From the NCBI GenBank assembly GCA_034722055.1, contig JAYENL010000262.1, positions 32,683 to 63,088 of the forward strand: a DNA stretch of 30,406 bases. Reading direction: 5' to 3'. Position numbers and translations under genes: made by a program. This document shows positions 1 through 7,899 of this stretch, piece after piece. The first letter of the stretch is position 1. Each line of letters opens with the position of its first letter. The stretch comes from Armatimonadota bacterium (GTDB lineage Bacteria > Armatimonadota > Zipacnadia > Zipacnadales > UBA5352). Under the pieces are notes generated by a model. That model was not told the origin of the DNA. It saw only the letters and a program-made list of their open reading frames with translations, and searched no databases.

Positions 1-1635
1 GGCTGGAACGAGCTGCACTCGCAGCTCCACCGGGGGCTGCACACCGCCGGGCGCGACGACTTCTGGACCTTCCACGACCCGGCCGTGCGCGTCGCCAGCG
101 TCTACGGCTCCGGCGGCGAGGTGGACTACCTCTCGCAGTGGACCTACTCGTATCCTGATCCCATCCGCATCGGGCTGGCGACCGAGGAGCTGCTGTGCAT
201 GGCCCGGGGCTCACAGCGCCCCGACCAGCGGGTCATGAAGATGACGCAGATCATCTGGTACCGCTCCCAGACCGCGCCGCAGCCGGGCGAGGAGGCCCAG
301 CAGCAGAGCGCCGAGTTCCAGGATCGGGACGTCCGGCCGCAGGGGACCGGCACCGTCGATGAGTCCGGCCGCTACCTGGCGCGCTGGGAGCGTGAGGTCC
401 CCGGCGCCCGCTTCATCACCATCGCGCCCATGCACCTGCGGGAGGCCTTCTGGACCAAGATCGCCCGGCCCATCAAGGGCATCATGTACCATGGCATCGG
501 CTCGCTGCTGCCGGGGGTCACGCACGGCTCCTACCGCTACACGCATCCGCAGACCAAGTTCGAGCTGCAGCGGCTCGTGGACACCGTGGTGCGGCCGCTG
601 GGGCCGACGCTCCGGCAGGTGCCCGACCGCCGGCAGGACGTGGCCTTCCTGGAGAGCTTCGCGTCGGAGATGTTCGCCGGCAAGGGCACCTATGGCTGGA
701 ACGGGAGCTGGGCCGGCGACGCCTGGCTCATCTGCCAGTACGCCTCCCTGCAGCCGCGCGTGATCTTCGAGGAGACCATCGAGCAGGAGGGGCTGGGGGA
801 CTTCAAGGTCCTCGTGATGCCCGACTGCGACGTGCTCACCGAGAGCGTGGTCGAGGCCGTCAACGCCTTCCAGCAGCGCGGGGGCATCATCATCGGCGAT
901 GAGAACCTCTGCCCGGCCGTCACGCCCGACATCCTCATCGAGACTCACCAGCGGCCCAGCGAGGCGGACCGGGCGCGGCAGATGAACATCGACAAGGCCA
1001 TGGCGCTGCGGGAGGAGCTCGACGCGCACTACCAGCGCCTCGCGGACAGCTCCACCCCGGACGTCATCCCCTACGTGCGCAGCTACGGCGGCGCGGATTA
1101 TCTCTTCGCGGTCAATGACCTGCGGGAGTATGGCGGCTACGTGGGGCACCACGGGCTGGTGATGGAGAACGGGCTTCCCACCGACGCCACGCTGACGCTG
1201 CGCCGCCATGGGCACGTCTACGACCTGGTGGCGCATCGTGAGGTGCAGGCGAGGGCCGCGGACGGCGCGCTCAGTATCGACTGCCACTTCGGGCCCTGCG
1301 AGGGCCGGCTGTTCATGGTGACCGAGCGCGCCATCGAGGGCGTGCGAGTCTCCGCGCCCGAGCGCGCCGCCCCCGGCGAGAGCATCACCATCGCCGCCGA
1401 GGTGGTGGGCGAGGGCGGCGAGCCGCTGGACGCCGTCGTTCCGCTGCGGGTGGATATCCTGGACCCGCACGGGCGCGCGGCTGAGTTCAGCGGCTTCTAC
1501 GGCGCGAGGGACGGGCGGGTGGAGATCACCGCGGACATCGCGGCCAACGACGTCCCCGGCCTGTGGCACATCAGCGTCGAGGAGCTGGCCTCCGGGACGA
1601 CCGCGGACGCCTACCTGCGCGTGGGCGCTGAGTAA
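1..1635 (+). CDS. 5'-truncated large hypothetical glycoside hydrolase-like protein with a beta-galactosidase trimerisation (class I GATase-like) domain and a C-terminal Ig-like domain
   Basis: Frame +1 is open from base 1 (GWNELHSQLH...) to TAA at 1633-1635 with strong GC3 bias. The segment GDFKVLVMPDCDVLTESVVEAVNAFQQRGGIIIGD resembles the GH42 middle domain. The start lies outside the window. Confidence 0.75.
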   Translation, partial: GWNELHSQLHRGLHTAGRDDFWTFHDPAVRVASVYGSGGEVDYLSQWTYSYPDPIRIGLATEELLCMARGSQRPDQRVMKMTQIIWYRSQTAPQPGEEAQQQSAEFQDRDVRPQGTGTVDESGRYLARWEREVPGARFITIAPMHLREAFWTKIARPIKGIMYHGIGSLLPGVTHGSYRYTHPQTKFELQRLVDTVVRPLGPTLRQVPDRRQDVAFLESFASEMFAGKGTYGWNGSWAGDAWLICQYASLQPRVIFEETIEQEGLGDFKVLVMPDCDVLTESVVEAVNAFQQRGGIIIGDENLCPAVTPDILIETHQRPSEADRARQMNIDKAMALREELDAHYQRLADSSTPDVIPYVRSYGGADYLFAVNDLREYGGYVGHHGLVMENGLPTDATLTLRRHGHVYDLVAHREVQARAADGALSIDCHFGPCEGRLFMVTERAIEGVRVSAPERAAPGESITIAAEVVGEGGEPLDAVVPLRVDILDPHGRAAEFSGFYGARDGRVEITADIAANDVPGLWHISVEELASGTTADAYLRVGAE

Positions 1636-1639
1636 GGGA

Positions 1640-1877
1640 AACGACCGCAGGCTGGAAGCCTGCGGCCACGGATGCGTCGGTCCGTGGCGCGGGCATCCCT
1701 GCCTGCCTCCGCTTGTGCTGTCACCTGACCGCAGGCCACGGAGAGCGCGCAAACGACCGTGGTGGGCCGACCTCGCGCCGTTGGCGCTCGTGCGGCCCCT
1801 CCAACGACGCTAACGACCGCAGGCTGGAAGCCTGCGCCACGAATCGTCGGTCCGTGGGGCGGGCATCCCTGCCTGCC
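1640..1877. repeat. BIME-like cluster of GTGG-tagged REP palindromes: two near-identical ~67-bp units plus a deleted middle unit
   Basis: 1640-1707 and 1812-1877 differ by 2 substitutions and 2 indels. Each has CGCAGGCT-GGA-AGCCTGCG followed by CCAC, then GTGG+GCGGGCA-TCCC-TGCCTGC in the opposite orientation. A remnant GACCGCAGGCCACGG lies at 1727-1741. The cluster sits between convergent genes. Confidence 0.85.
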
Positions 1878-1907
1878 GCCGTTGATGCCTCCACGTGACG
1901 CCCGGGC

Positions 1908-3188
1908 TCACGTCCCCGCTTCCCTCAGGCTCTGCACGGCCGAGAGGTAGTCCGCGACCGTGCGGACCGCCCCGGCCAGGTCGTCGAGGCCGGCTCCCTG
2001 CTCCGGGTAGGCCCCCAGCAGGCCATCAGCCTCGACAAGCTGCCGCACCTGCGGCTCCAGGTCGGTGATCCGCTGCGCCAGCTCAGCAGCCGTCGGGGGC
2101 GCGCTCTCGGCCTCGATCAGCCCCTCCCTGCCCAGCTCCTGGAGCTGCTCCCAGCGCGCCGCAAAGCGGGCCACCCCCCAGTCGCCGAACTGCGCGTAGC
2201 CCTCGTACAGGACCTCGCGGTCGTACCGGATGTCGCGCTCGTCATGGCTGGCGGCATAGATGGGTCGCCCGGTTTCGGGCTCGTAGAAACGCGACCACTC
2301 GTTCGGTCCCGTCTTGGACCGCTCCAGCCACGCCAGCGCCGCCGGGATGGGATCCGTGTACCTCTCGTCTCCGGTGGCGAGGTGGATGTCGATCAGCAGG
2401 TTGATGGCATGCGCGGAGGGCAGCCCGCAGGCGGAGGGCGGCTCGAAGGCCCTTCCCCAGGCGGGAGTGCCATCGAAGTTGTACTGCTGGGCCCAGCCGG
2501 GCGTGGGCTCGGGGAGCTGCCACTGCACGAAGAAGTCCCCGGTCTTCCGGACGCCGTCCAGGTAGCGCTCCTCCCCCGTCCGCCTGTAGACTGCCAGGAG
2601 CACGCGCGTCTGACTGATGGTCACGTAGTCGTTGAGCATCGGCAGCCGGAGCCAGCCGCTTTCCGGCGGCGGCCAGACCGACGGCCAGGCGCCGCAGTCA
2701 TACTGCGCCTCCAGCAGGAAGTCCGCGGTCTCCATCGCCGCCTGCAGGTAGGTCTCATCGCCGGTGGCGTCGTACACGGCCAGGATAGCGTCGATGGCCG
2801 ACCGGTCGCGGGCGTCGCGGAAGGTGACGTAGGTGGGGAAGGTCTCCTGGGAGCCCAGGTCGTGGATGAAGGGCGTATGCGCGTAGCCCCCGGACGGCTG
2901 TCGGGCCGCGACAAGCCAGTCGGCAGGCACTGTCGCGTAGTCGAGGTACTTGTCCGCGCCTGTCACACGATGAGCGCTCAGGTAGATGCCGATGTGCGTC
3001 CGGGCCTTGCCCCAGCCCGTGGCATGGAAGCGGCCGAGGGCCACCTCGTCCTCGGCGAGGGAGTCCACGGCCGCGCGGAGGGCCCTCCCCGCGTGCTGGT
3101 AGAGGTCAGCGTCCCAGATCTGCCCTCCCGCAACCTCCGACGCACACGCGGTCATTGCCACAAGCACATACGCACCAAGTGAGGTCAT
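1908..3188 (-). CDS. Secreted pectate lyase-like protein, PL10 (alpha/alpha toroid) family
   Basis: Signal-peptide-like N-terminus. Motifs LLEAQYDCGAWP, MLND, GWAQQY, WGRAFEPP and WSRFYE match PL10 signatures. The start overlaps the stop of the upstream PAP2 gene (ATGA). Confidence 0.75.
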   Translation of the reverse strand: MTSLGAYVLVAMTACASEVAGGQIWDADLYQHAGRALRAAVDSLAEDEVALGRFHATGWGKARTHIGIYLSAHRVTGADKYLDYATVPADWLVAARQPSGGYAHTPFIHDLGSQETFPTYVTFRDARDRSAIDAILAVYDATGDETYLQAAMETADFLLEAQYDCGAWPSVWPPPESGWLRLPMLNDYVTISQTRVLLAVYRRTGEERYLDGVRKTGDFFVQWQLPEPTPGWAQQYNFDGTPAWGRAFEPPSACGLPSAHAINLLIDIHLATGDERYTDPIPAALAWLERSKTGPNEWSRFYEPETGRPIYAASHDERDIRYDREVLYEGYAQFGDWGVARFAARWEQLQELGREGLIEAESAPPTAAELAQRITDLEPQVRQLVEADGLLGAYPEQGAGLDDLAGAVRTVADYLSAVQSLREAGT

Positions 3189-3766
3189 ACTTGCACCTCC
3201 GGTTGAATCGGCTCCCGCTGCTTCTCTTCAGCCGCCAGCAGACCGAGCTTCCCCGCCACCGCCAGCTCAACGCCGCCCATCGCAAAGCCCACCATCGCCC
3301 CCGCCAGTGCATCGAGTGCGTGGTGCATGCCCACATACGGCCGCGAGTAGAGCGACAGCACCAGCAGCACAATCAGCGGCCAGCGGAATCGCCGGTAGGC
3401 GACGCCAAACAGCAGCGTGGCCTGACCCAACAGATGTCCATGTGCGGAGGGGAAGGACGAGCCGGGCCAGATTGGCCCGAGAGTGCGGATCTGGGGCATG
3501 TAGATGTACGGGCGCGGCCGTGGCCACAGCTCGCGCAGGAAGGGCATGGCGACCAGCTCCGTCAGCAGCAACCCGCCGATGAAGATCACCGCCAGCAGAC
3601 GCTCACGGCGCCGGCCGAAGATCAGCAGCGCAAGGGCCACGAGCATCCAGGCGATCCCGGCGTCCCCGAGGTAGGATAGGCCGCTGAGCAGCACGTCCAG
3701 TACCAGGTGATGGTGCTGGTTGATCCACAGCGTTGCGGCACGGTCGGCGGCCAGGACCGCGTCCAT
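3185..3766 (-). CDS. PAP2-family membrane phosphatase
   Basis: Hydrophobic helices. C1 motif R-x6-RP (RELWPRPRP), C2 SFPSAH, C3 SRPYVGMHHALD. SD AGGAGGGAG before ATG 3766. Confidence 0.9.
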   Translation of the reverse strand: MDAVLAADRAATLWINQHHHLVLDVLLSGLSYLGDAGIAWMLVALALLIFGRRRERLLAVIFIGGLLLTELVAMPFLRELWPRPRPYIYMPQIRTLGPIWPGSSFPSAHGHLLGQATLLFGVAYRRFRWPLIVLLVLSLYSRPYVGMHHALDALAGAMVGFAMGGVELAVAGKLGLLAAEEKQREPIQPEVQV

Positions 3767-3800
3767 GGCTCCCTCCTGAGCGCAGCATCTGAGACCTGGA

Positions 3801-4010
3801 GTAGTTCGAGGGCCGGCCGCGCCGGCCCTCCTTCATGGCAGGACCTCGATGCGCTCGTTCGGCCCCGTCCGTCGGACGGGGCAACGGCGCGGGCGGGCAA
3901 GGAAGCCCGCCCCTCCTGACGGCAGCGGCAACGGCGGGCCGGACTGTGGTCCGGCCCCTCCATACGACAATGGCACGGGGGGCGGCGTGGGCACGCCGCC
4001 CCTCCGTACG
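3801..4010 (-). repeat. Array of GGAG-tagged GC-rich hairpins (REP-like family 2)
   Basis: Perfect stems at 3808-3830, 3862-3882, 3891-3912, 3936-3957 and 3980-4001. The last three are each followed by CTCCnnACG (CGTnnGGAG on the minus strand) at a 44-45 bp period. Confidence 0.8.
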
Positions 4011-4126
4011 GCAAAGGAGCGGCGGGCGCTACTGCCGAAGGAACCGCGGTAGCGCGCCGGGAACTCTATACTGGCGCAGCGGGCGGACAAGGTGGGCAGA
4101 TGCCTGGAAGCACAGGAGGAGCGACC

Positions 4127-5596
4127 ATGCGCAGCTTTCAGCTCTTCATCGACGGGGAGTACTGCAACGCAGCCAGTGGCCAGACCTACGAGAGCATCAA
4201 CCCCGCGACCGGCGAGGCGGTGGCGGAGATCGCGCTGGGGGGCGCCGAGGATGTAACGCGGGCCTGCGAGACCGCCCAGCGGGCCTTCGACGGCGACTGG
4301 GGCGCAATGACCAGCGCGGAGCGCTCGGCGATCCTGGCCGATGCCGCGGATCTCATCGAGGAGCGGGCCGAGGAGTTCGCGGAGCTGGAGACCCTCGACG
4401 TCGGCAAGCCCATCACGGAGGCGACCACCATCGACGTGCCCGTCGCCGTCAGCTATCTGCGCTGGTACGCGGCGGTCACCGATGCCGCCGTGGGCGAGAC
4501 CATCGACATCCCCAACGCCGGGCAGATCGACTTCTCGCTCTATCAGCCCTACGGCGTCGTGGGCGGCATCGCGCCCTGGAACTTCCCGCTCTTCCTGGGA
4601 GTGCTCAAGATCGGGCCGGCGCTGGCGATGGGCAACTCCATGGTGTTCAAGCCCGCGTCGATCACCCCCATGACGTCGCTGCTCGTGTGCGAGTGCTTCG
4701 CGCAGGCCGGGCTGCCAGCCGGGGCGCTGAACGTGGTGGCCGGCCCCGGCTCGAGCGTCGGCGAGGCCATCGTCACCGACCCGCACGTGCGCATGGTCTC
4801 CTTCACCGGCTCCACCGCGGTGGGCCGGCGGGTCATCGAGCTCTCCGCGCGGAACATCACCAACACCTCTATGGAGCTGGGCGGCAAGTCGCCGAACATC
4901 ATCTTCGAGGACGCCGACTTCGACCAGGCGGTGGCAGGCGCGGTCTTCGGCCTGCTGCTCAACAACGGCCAGAACTGCATCGCCGGCACGCGGCTGCTCG
5001 TGCAGCAGAGCATCCACGATGACGTCTGCTCGGCCGTCGCCGAGAAGCTCGACTCCCTGCGTGTGGGCAACCCTATGGACCCCGAGACCCAGCTCGGCGC
5101 CATCGTCTCGCAGGAGCAGTTCGAGAAGGTGACCGGCTACATCCAGAGCGGGCGCGAGGAGGGCGCGACGGTCGCCGCCGGCGGCGAGGTCCCCGGCGAC
5201 CCCGACCTGCAGAACGGCTGGTTCGTGCAGCCGACGCTGCTGACCGACTGCACCAATGACATGGAGGTCTCGCGGGAGGAGATCTTCGGGCCGGTGCTGG
5301 TGGCGATCCCCTTCGAGGACGAGGCGGACGCCATCGCCATCGCCAACGACACGCCCTACGGCCTCGGCTCGGGCGTCTTCACCACCGACGGCGACCGCGC
5401 CCAGCGCATGGCCCGCGCGCTGCAGTCGGGCACCGTCTACGTCAATACTTACAACCAGGTCTACCCGCAGAGCCCCTTCCCGGGCTGGAAGCAGTCCGGC
5501 ACGGGCGTGGAGCGGGGCGTGCAGGGCCTGCTGACCTACACGCGCTACAAGAACGTCATCTGGGACATCTCCGGCGAGGCGATTCCGTGGTTCTGA
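4127..5596 (+). CDS. NAD(P)+-dependent aldehyde dehydrogenase
   Basis: SD AGGAGG at 4114-4119, ATG 4127. Motifs PWNFP, FTGSTAVG, ELGGKSP (catalytic Glu), NNGQNCIAG (catalytic Cys) and EEIFGP. Confidence 0.96.
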   Translation: MRSFQLFIDGEYCNAASGQTYESINPATGEAVAEIALGGAEDVTRACETAQRAFDGDWGAMTSAERSAILADAADLIEERAEEFAELETLDVGKPITEATTIDVPVAVSYLRWYAAVTDAAVGETIDIPNAGQIDFSLYQPYGVVGGIAPWNFPLFLGVLKIGPALAMGNSMVFKPASITPMTSLLVCECFAQAGLPAGALNVVAGPGSSVGEAIVTDPHVRMVSFTGSTAVGRRVIELSARNITNTSMELGGKSPNIIFEDADFDQAVAGAVFGLLLNNGQNCIAGTRLLVQQSIHDDVCSAVAEKLDSLRVGNPMDPETQLGAIVSQEQFEKVTGYIQSGREEGATVAAGGEVPGDPDLQNGWFVQPTLLTDCTNDMEVSREEIFGPVLVAIPFEDEADAIAIANDTPYGLGSGVFTTDGDRAQRMARALQSGTVYVNTYNQVYPQSPFPGWKQSGTGVERGVQGLLTYTRYKNVIWDISGEAIPWF

Positions 5597-5619
5597 GCAG
5601 GGACGGGGGGCCGGGCAGC

Positions 5620-5648
5620 TCGACAACCCATGCGTGGCGGGGTATGCT
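5620..5648 (+). promoter_or_regulatory. Putative sigma70 promoter of the PIN toxin-antitoxin pair
   Basis: TCGACA (5620-5625), 17-nt spacer, TATGCT (5643-5648). Confidence 0.5.
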
Positions 5649-5695
5649 GCTCTTGCAGCGGCGGAGGGCCCGCGCGGGTACGAGGAGTGAGGGCA

Positions 5696-5902
5696 ATGTC
5701 ACAGCACAGCACTGACGAGGAGTCCAAGGAGCTGACGGTTGAGGACGCGATCATCGAGGTCCGGGAGCACACGGTGATTGTGGACAGGGAGATCTTGGAC
5801 GCGCTCGCCGAAGCCGAGGAGCCCGGTCCCGCCTGCGGGATCGTCAAGCCTGGGTTCCTGGTGACGGCTTCCGACTACCAAGAGGGCCGCTATGACGAGT
5901 AG
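5696..5902 (+). CDS. Small acidic protein (68 aa), putative antitoxin of the downstream PIN nuclease
   Basis: SD GAGGAG at 5682-5687, ATG 5696. The stop overlaps the PIN gene start by 11 nt. Acidic, with no recognisable DNA-binding fold. Confidence 0.65.
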   Translation: MSQHSTDEESKELTVEDAIIEVREHTVIVDREILDALAEAEEPGPACGIVKPGFLVTASDYQEGRYDE

Positions 5903-6431
5903 AGGTGATAGCCGGTCTGCAGCCGCCGAGCTGCCACGCCGCGTCTACTTGGATACGCAGTTCGTATTCGCCTACTTGGTTGACAGCGACCCCGACCATG
6001 CAGATGCGGTCCGAACGGTGAAGGCCTTCCGCGTAGTGCACCGGGCCGGAATCCTCACCGGGTTCATATCAGTCATCGTCCTCGATGAAGTGGCCTGGCG
6101 GGTTGCGGGCGCCCTCTATGATACGGAACACGGGGCGGGAGCATGGAGACAAACGGACAGGGACGAGGCCTTTGTCCGTGTGCGTAAGGAGGTCGCACAG
6201 GCTATTGAGAGCCTGCTGCGCGAGCCGTGGCTGCGCATCGCCACCGCCGATGAAGAGGTCTGCAGTGTGTACGCCTCCTTCATGCGCCGCTTCGCCCTCA
6301 GGCCGGCCGACCTGGCACACCTGGCCATTGCGCATGCCAGCGGTATGGACGCGATCCTCACTCACGATTCGGACTTCCACTCACTCGCCAACAGCCCGGT
6401 GCAGGTCATCTCCTACCGTCGCGGCGAGTAG
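5892..6431 (+). CDS. vapC: PIN-domain ribonuclease (VapC-like toxin)
   Basis: PIN acidic motifs VYLDTQFV, SVIVLDEV, LRPADLAHLA and ILTHDSDF. Codon usage is less GC3-biased than in the flanking genes. Confidence 0.85.
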   Translation: MTSRGDSRSAAAELPRRVYLDTQFVFAYLVDSDPDHADAVRTVKAFRVVHRAGILTGFISVIVLDEVAWRVAGALYDTEHGAGAWRQTDRDEAFVRVRKEVAQAIESLLREPWLRIATADEEVCSVYASFMRRFALRPADLAHLAIAHASGMDAILTHDSDFHSLANSPVQVISYRRGE

Positions 6432-6528
6432 GCCAATCGGCCGCCGCAAAACCTTCTCGGCCTCCTGAACGTCTCACAAGCTGAAGATATTAACTGGAGC
6501 ACTGAACTATAGCGCGCAGGAGGCCTGC

Positions 6529-7083
6529 ATGGCCCATCGCATTGCCTGGAGGACCTGCCGTATCGGGGTGATGATCATCGGACTGGCGCTCGTGGCAACT
6601 CTTGGCGTCGGCTGCACGGTAAGCTGCGAGGCGCCACCCGCGGTCGCGGAGGAGAGTGGGGACGAGATGACCGAGAAGACCTACCCGGCTGCAAAGACCG
6701 ACGAGCAGTGGCGTCAGCAGCTCACACAGATGCAGTACCATGTGCTGCGCGAGGCGGGCACCGAGCAGGCCTTCACCGGCGAGTACTGGGACGAGCACGC
6801 CGACGGCATCTACCACTGCGCCGGCTGCGACAACACGCTGTTCGACTCAGAGCACAAGTTCGACTCCGGTACGGGCTGGCCGAGCTACTCCCGGCCAATC
6901 CGACCGGAGGCCGTTGAGCAGCACACGGACCGCAGCCTGGCCATGACGCGCACGGAGGTGGTGTGCGCGAACTGCGGCGGGCACCTGGGGCACGTCTTCG
7001 AGGACGGCCCGGAGCCCACGGGCCTGCGCTACTGCATCAACTCCGCGGCGTTGAAGCTCAAGCCTCGGCCGACCGAGCAGTAG
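6529..7083 (+). CDS. msrB: Peptide-methionine (R)-S-oxide reductase with an N-terminal signal/lipoprotein peptide
   Basis: SD AGGAGG. Motifs GTEQAFTG, Zn ligands CAGC and CANC, GTGWPSY, GHLGHVF and catalytic RYCINS. Hydrophobic N-terminus ending LGVGC. Confidence 0.96.
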   Translation: MAHRIAWRTCRIGVMIIGLALVATLGVGCTVSCEAPPAVAEESGDEMTEKTYPAAKTDEQWRQQLTQMQYHVLREAGTEQAFTGEYWDEHADGIYHCAGCDNTLFDSEHKFDSGTGWPSYSRPIRPEAVEQHTDRSLAMTRTEVVCANCGGHLGHVFEDGPEPTGLRYCINSAALKLKPRPTEQ

Positions 7084-7104
7084 AGGCGGCATCGTCAGAG
7101 CATT

Positions 7105-7170
7105 GCGCCTCCCCCGGGCGCCATGAGAGGTCTACCCCCGCCACTCATGGAACCGCCTGTGGGGAGGCGC
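7105..7170. other. Long imperfect stem-loop after msrB (possible terminator or RNA structure)
   Basis: GCGCCTCCCC/GGGGAGGCGC, CGGGCG/CGCCTG and CCATGAGAGG/CCACTCATGG nest into one rod with a 10-nt loop. Confidence 0.55.
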
Positions 7171-7293
7171 TATCATGTACGGGCAGGCCACATGGCGCGG
7201 CTCGCGACCGTGGCCGCCGACGGGTTGAAGCTGGCGGTCACAGGCGCCGACGGGGATTACCTCCTGCAGCGCCGGAAGGTCTTCTACTGCTGA
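7147..7293 (+). pseudogene. Fragment of a ConA-like/DUF1080-type domain, paralogous to the next two genes (or a small ORF)
   Basis: Translates MEPPVGRRYHVRAGHMARLATVAADGLKLAV...FYC*. It aligns without gaps to EPEPGQDYRVRVILRDGMIAISREGLVIAI of 7307-7894 (9/30 identical). The TGA abuts the GGAG SD of the next gene. Confidence 0.5.
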
Positions 7294-7306
7294 GGAGCTG
7301 GCGGGA

Positions 7307-7894
7307 ATGACGAGGCGAGTGATGATGGTGCTGGCGGCCGCGGCCGTCTGCGCGGCGGCGGGCGCCGAGGTCATCGAGCAGAGCTTCGACGACGGCGATG
7401 CCGCCCGCTGGGAGGCCGTGAGCGGGGAGTGGGCGGTCGAGGACGGCGCCTTCGTGCAGACGGACGCCTCCTCGCCCGACTACCGGTTCGCGGTGTTCGA
7501 CTCACAGCTCACCGAGGGAAGCATCGAGGTCACCGCGACGCCCCTGGAGCGCAATCGCAACGGCAACGTCGGCGCCAGCTTCGGGCTGGTGGTCAAGTAC
7601 CTGGACGACGGGCGATGGTGCGCAGCGCGCTTCGGCTCCTACGGGTCCTGCAGCCTGCTGATCAGAGGCCCGGGAGCGAAGGGGCGCGTCACCTTCGGCC
7701 ACTTCGAGCCGGAGCCGGGCCAAGACTACCGGGTGCGCGTCATCCTCCGGGACGGGATGATCGCCATCTCCCGCGAAGGGCTGGTCATCGCCATCCTCGA
7801 GGACCCCTTCCCCGATGCGCCCGGCCGCCCGGGCCTGTTCACCGAGACGCGCTGCCGATTCGACGACGTGCGCATCGAGCGAGAGGGGGAGTGA
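7307..7894 (+). CDS. Secreted single-domain ConA-like/DUF1080 (3-keto-disaccharide hydrolase-like) protein
   Basis: Signal peptide MTRRVMMVLAAAAVCAAAGA. Beta-sandwich pattern FDDGDAARWEAVSGEWAVEDG...GRPGL...RFDDVRI. SD GGAG at 7294-7297. Confidence 0.75.
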   Translation: MTRRVMMVLAAAAVCAAAGAEVIEQSFDDGDAARWEAVSGEWAVEDGAFVQTDASSPDYRFAVFDSQLTEGSIEVTATPLERNRNGNVGASFGLVVKYLDDGRWCAARFGSYGSCSLLIRGPGAKGRVTFGHFEPEPGQDYRVRVILRDGMIAISREGLVIAILEDPFPDAPGRPGLFTETRCRFDDVRIEREGE

Positions 7895-7899
7895 GGCAC

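Noticed and set aside
1640..1877. CRISPR array
   Set aside because: Only two full ~67-bp units, no unique spacers of uniform length and no cas genes. The architecture fits REP/BIME.
3885..4010. Mini-CRISPR or attC cassette array
   Set aside because: The variable parts are self-complementary stems rather than spacers, the constant part is only ~9 nt, and there are no RYYYAAC/GTTRRRY ends, cassette ORFs or integrase.
7081..7293. Pyrrolysine/selenocysteine read-through of the msrB TAG into the in-frame downstream ORF via the hairpin
   Set aside because: MsrB is complete before the stop and its catalytic residue is a normal Cys. TAG ends many genes in this window, and being in frame has a 1-in-3 chance.
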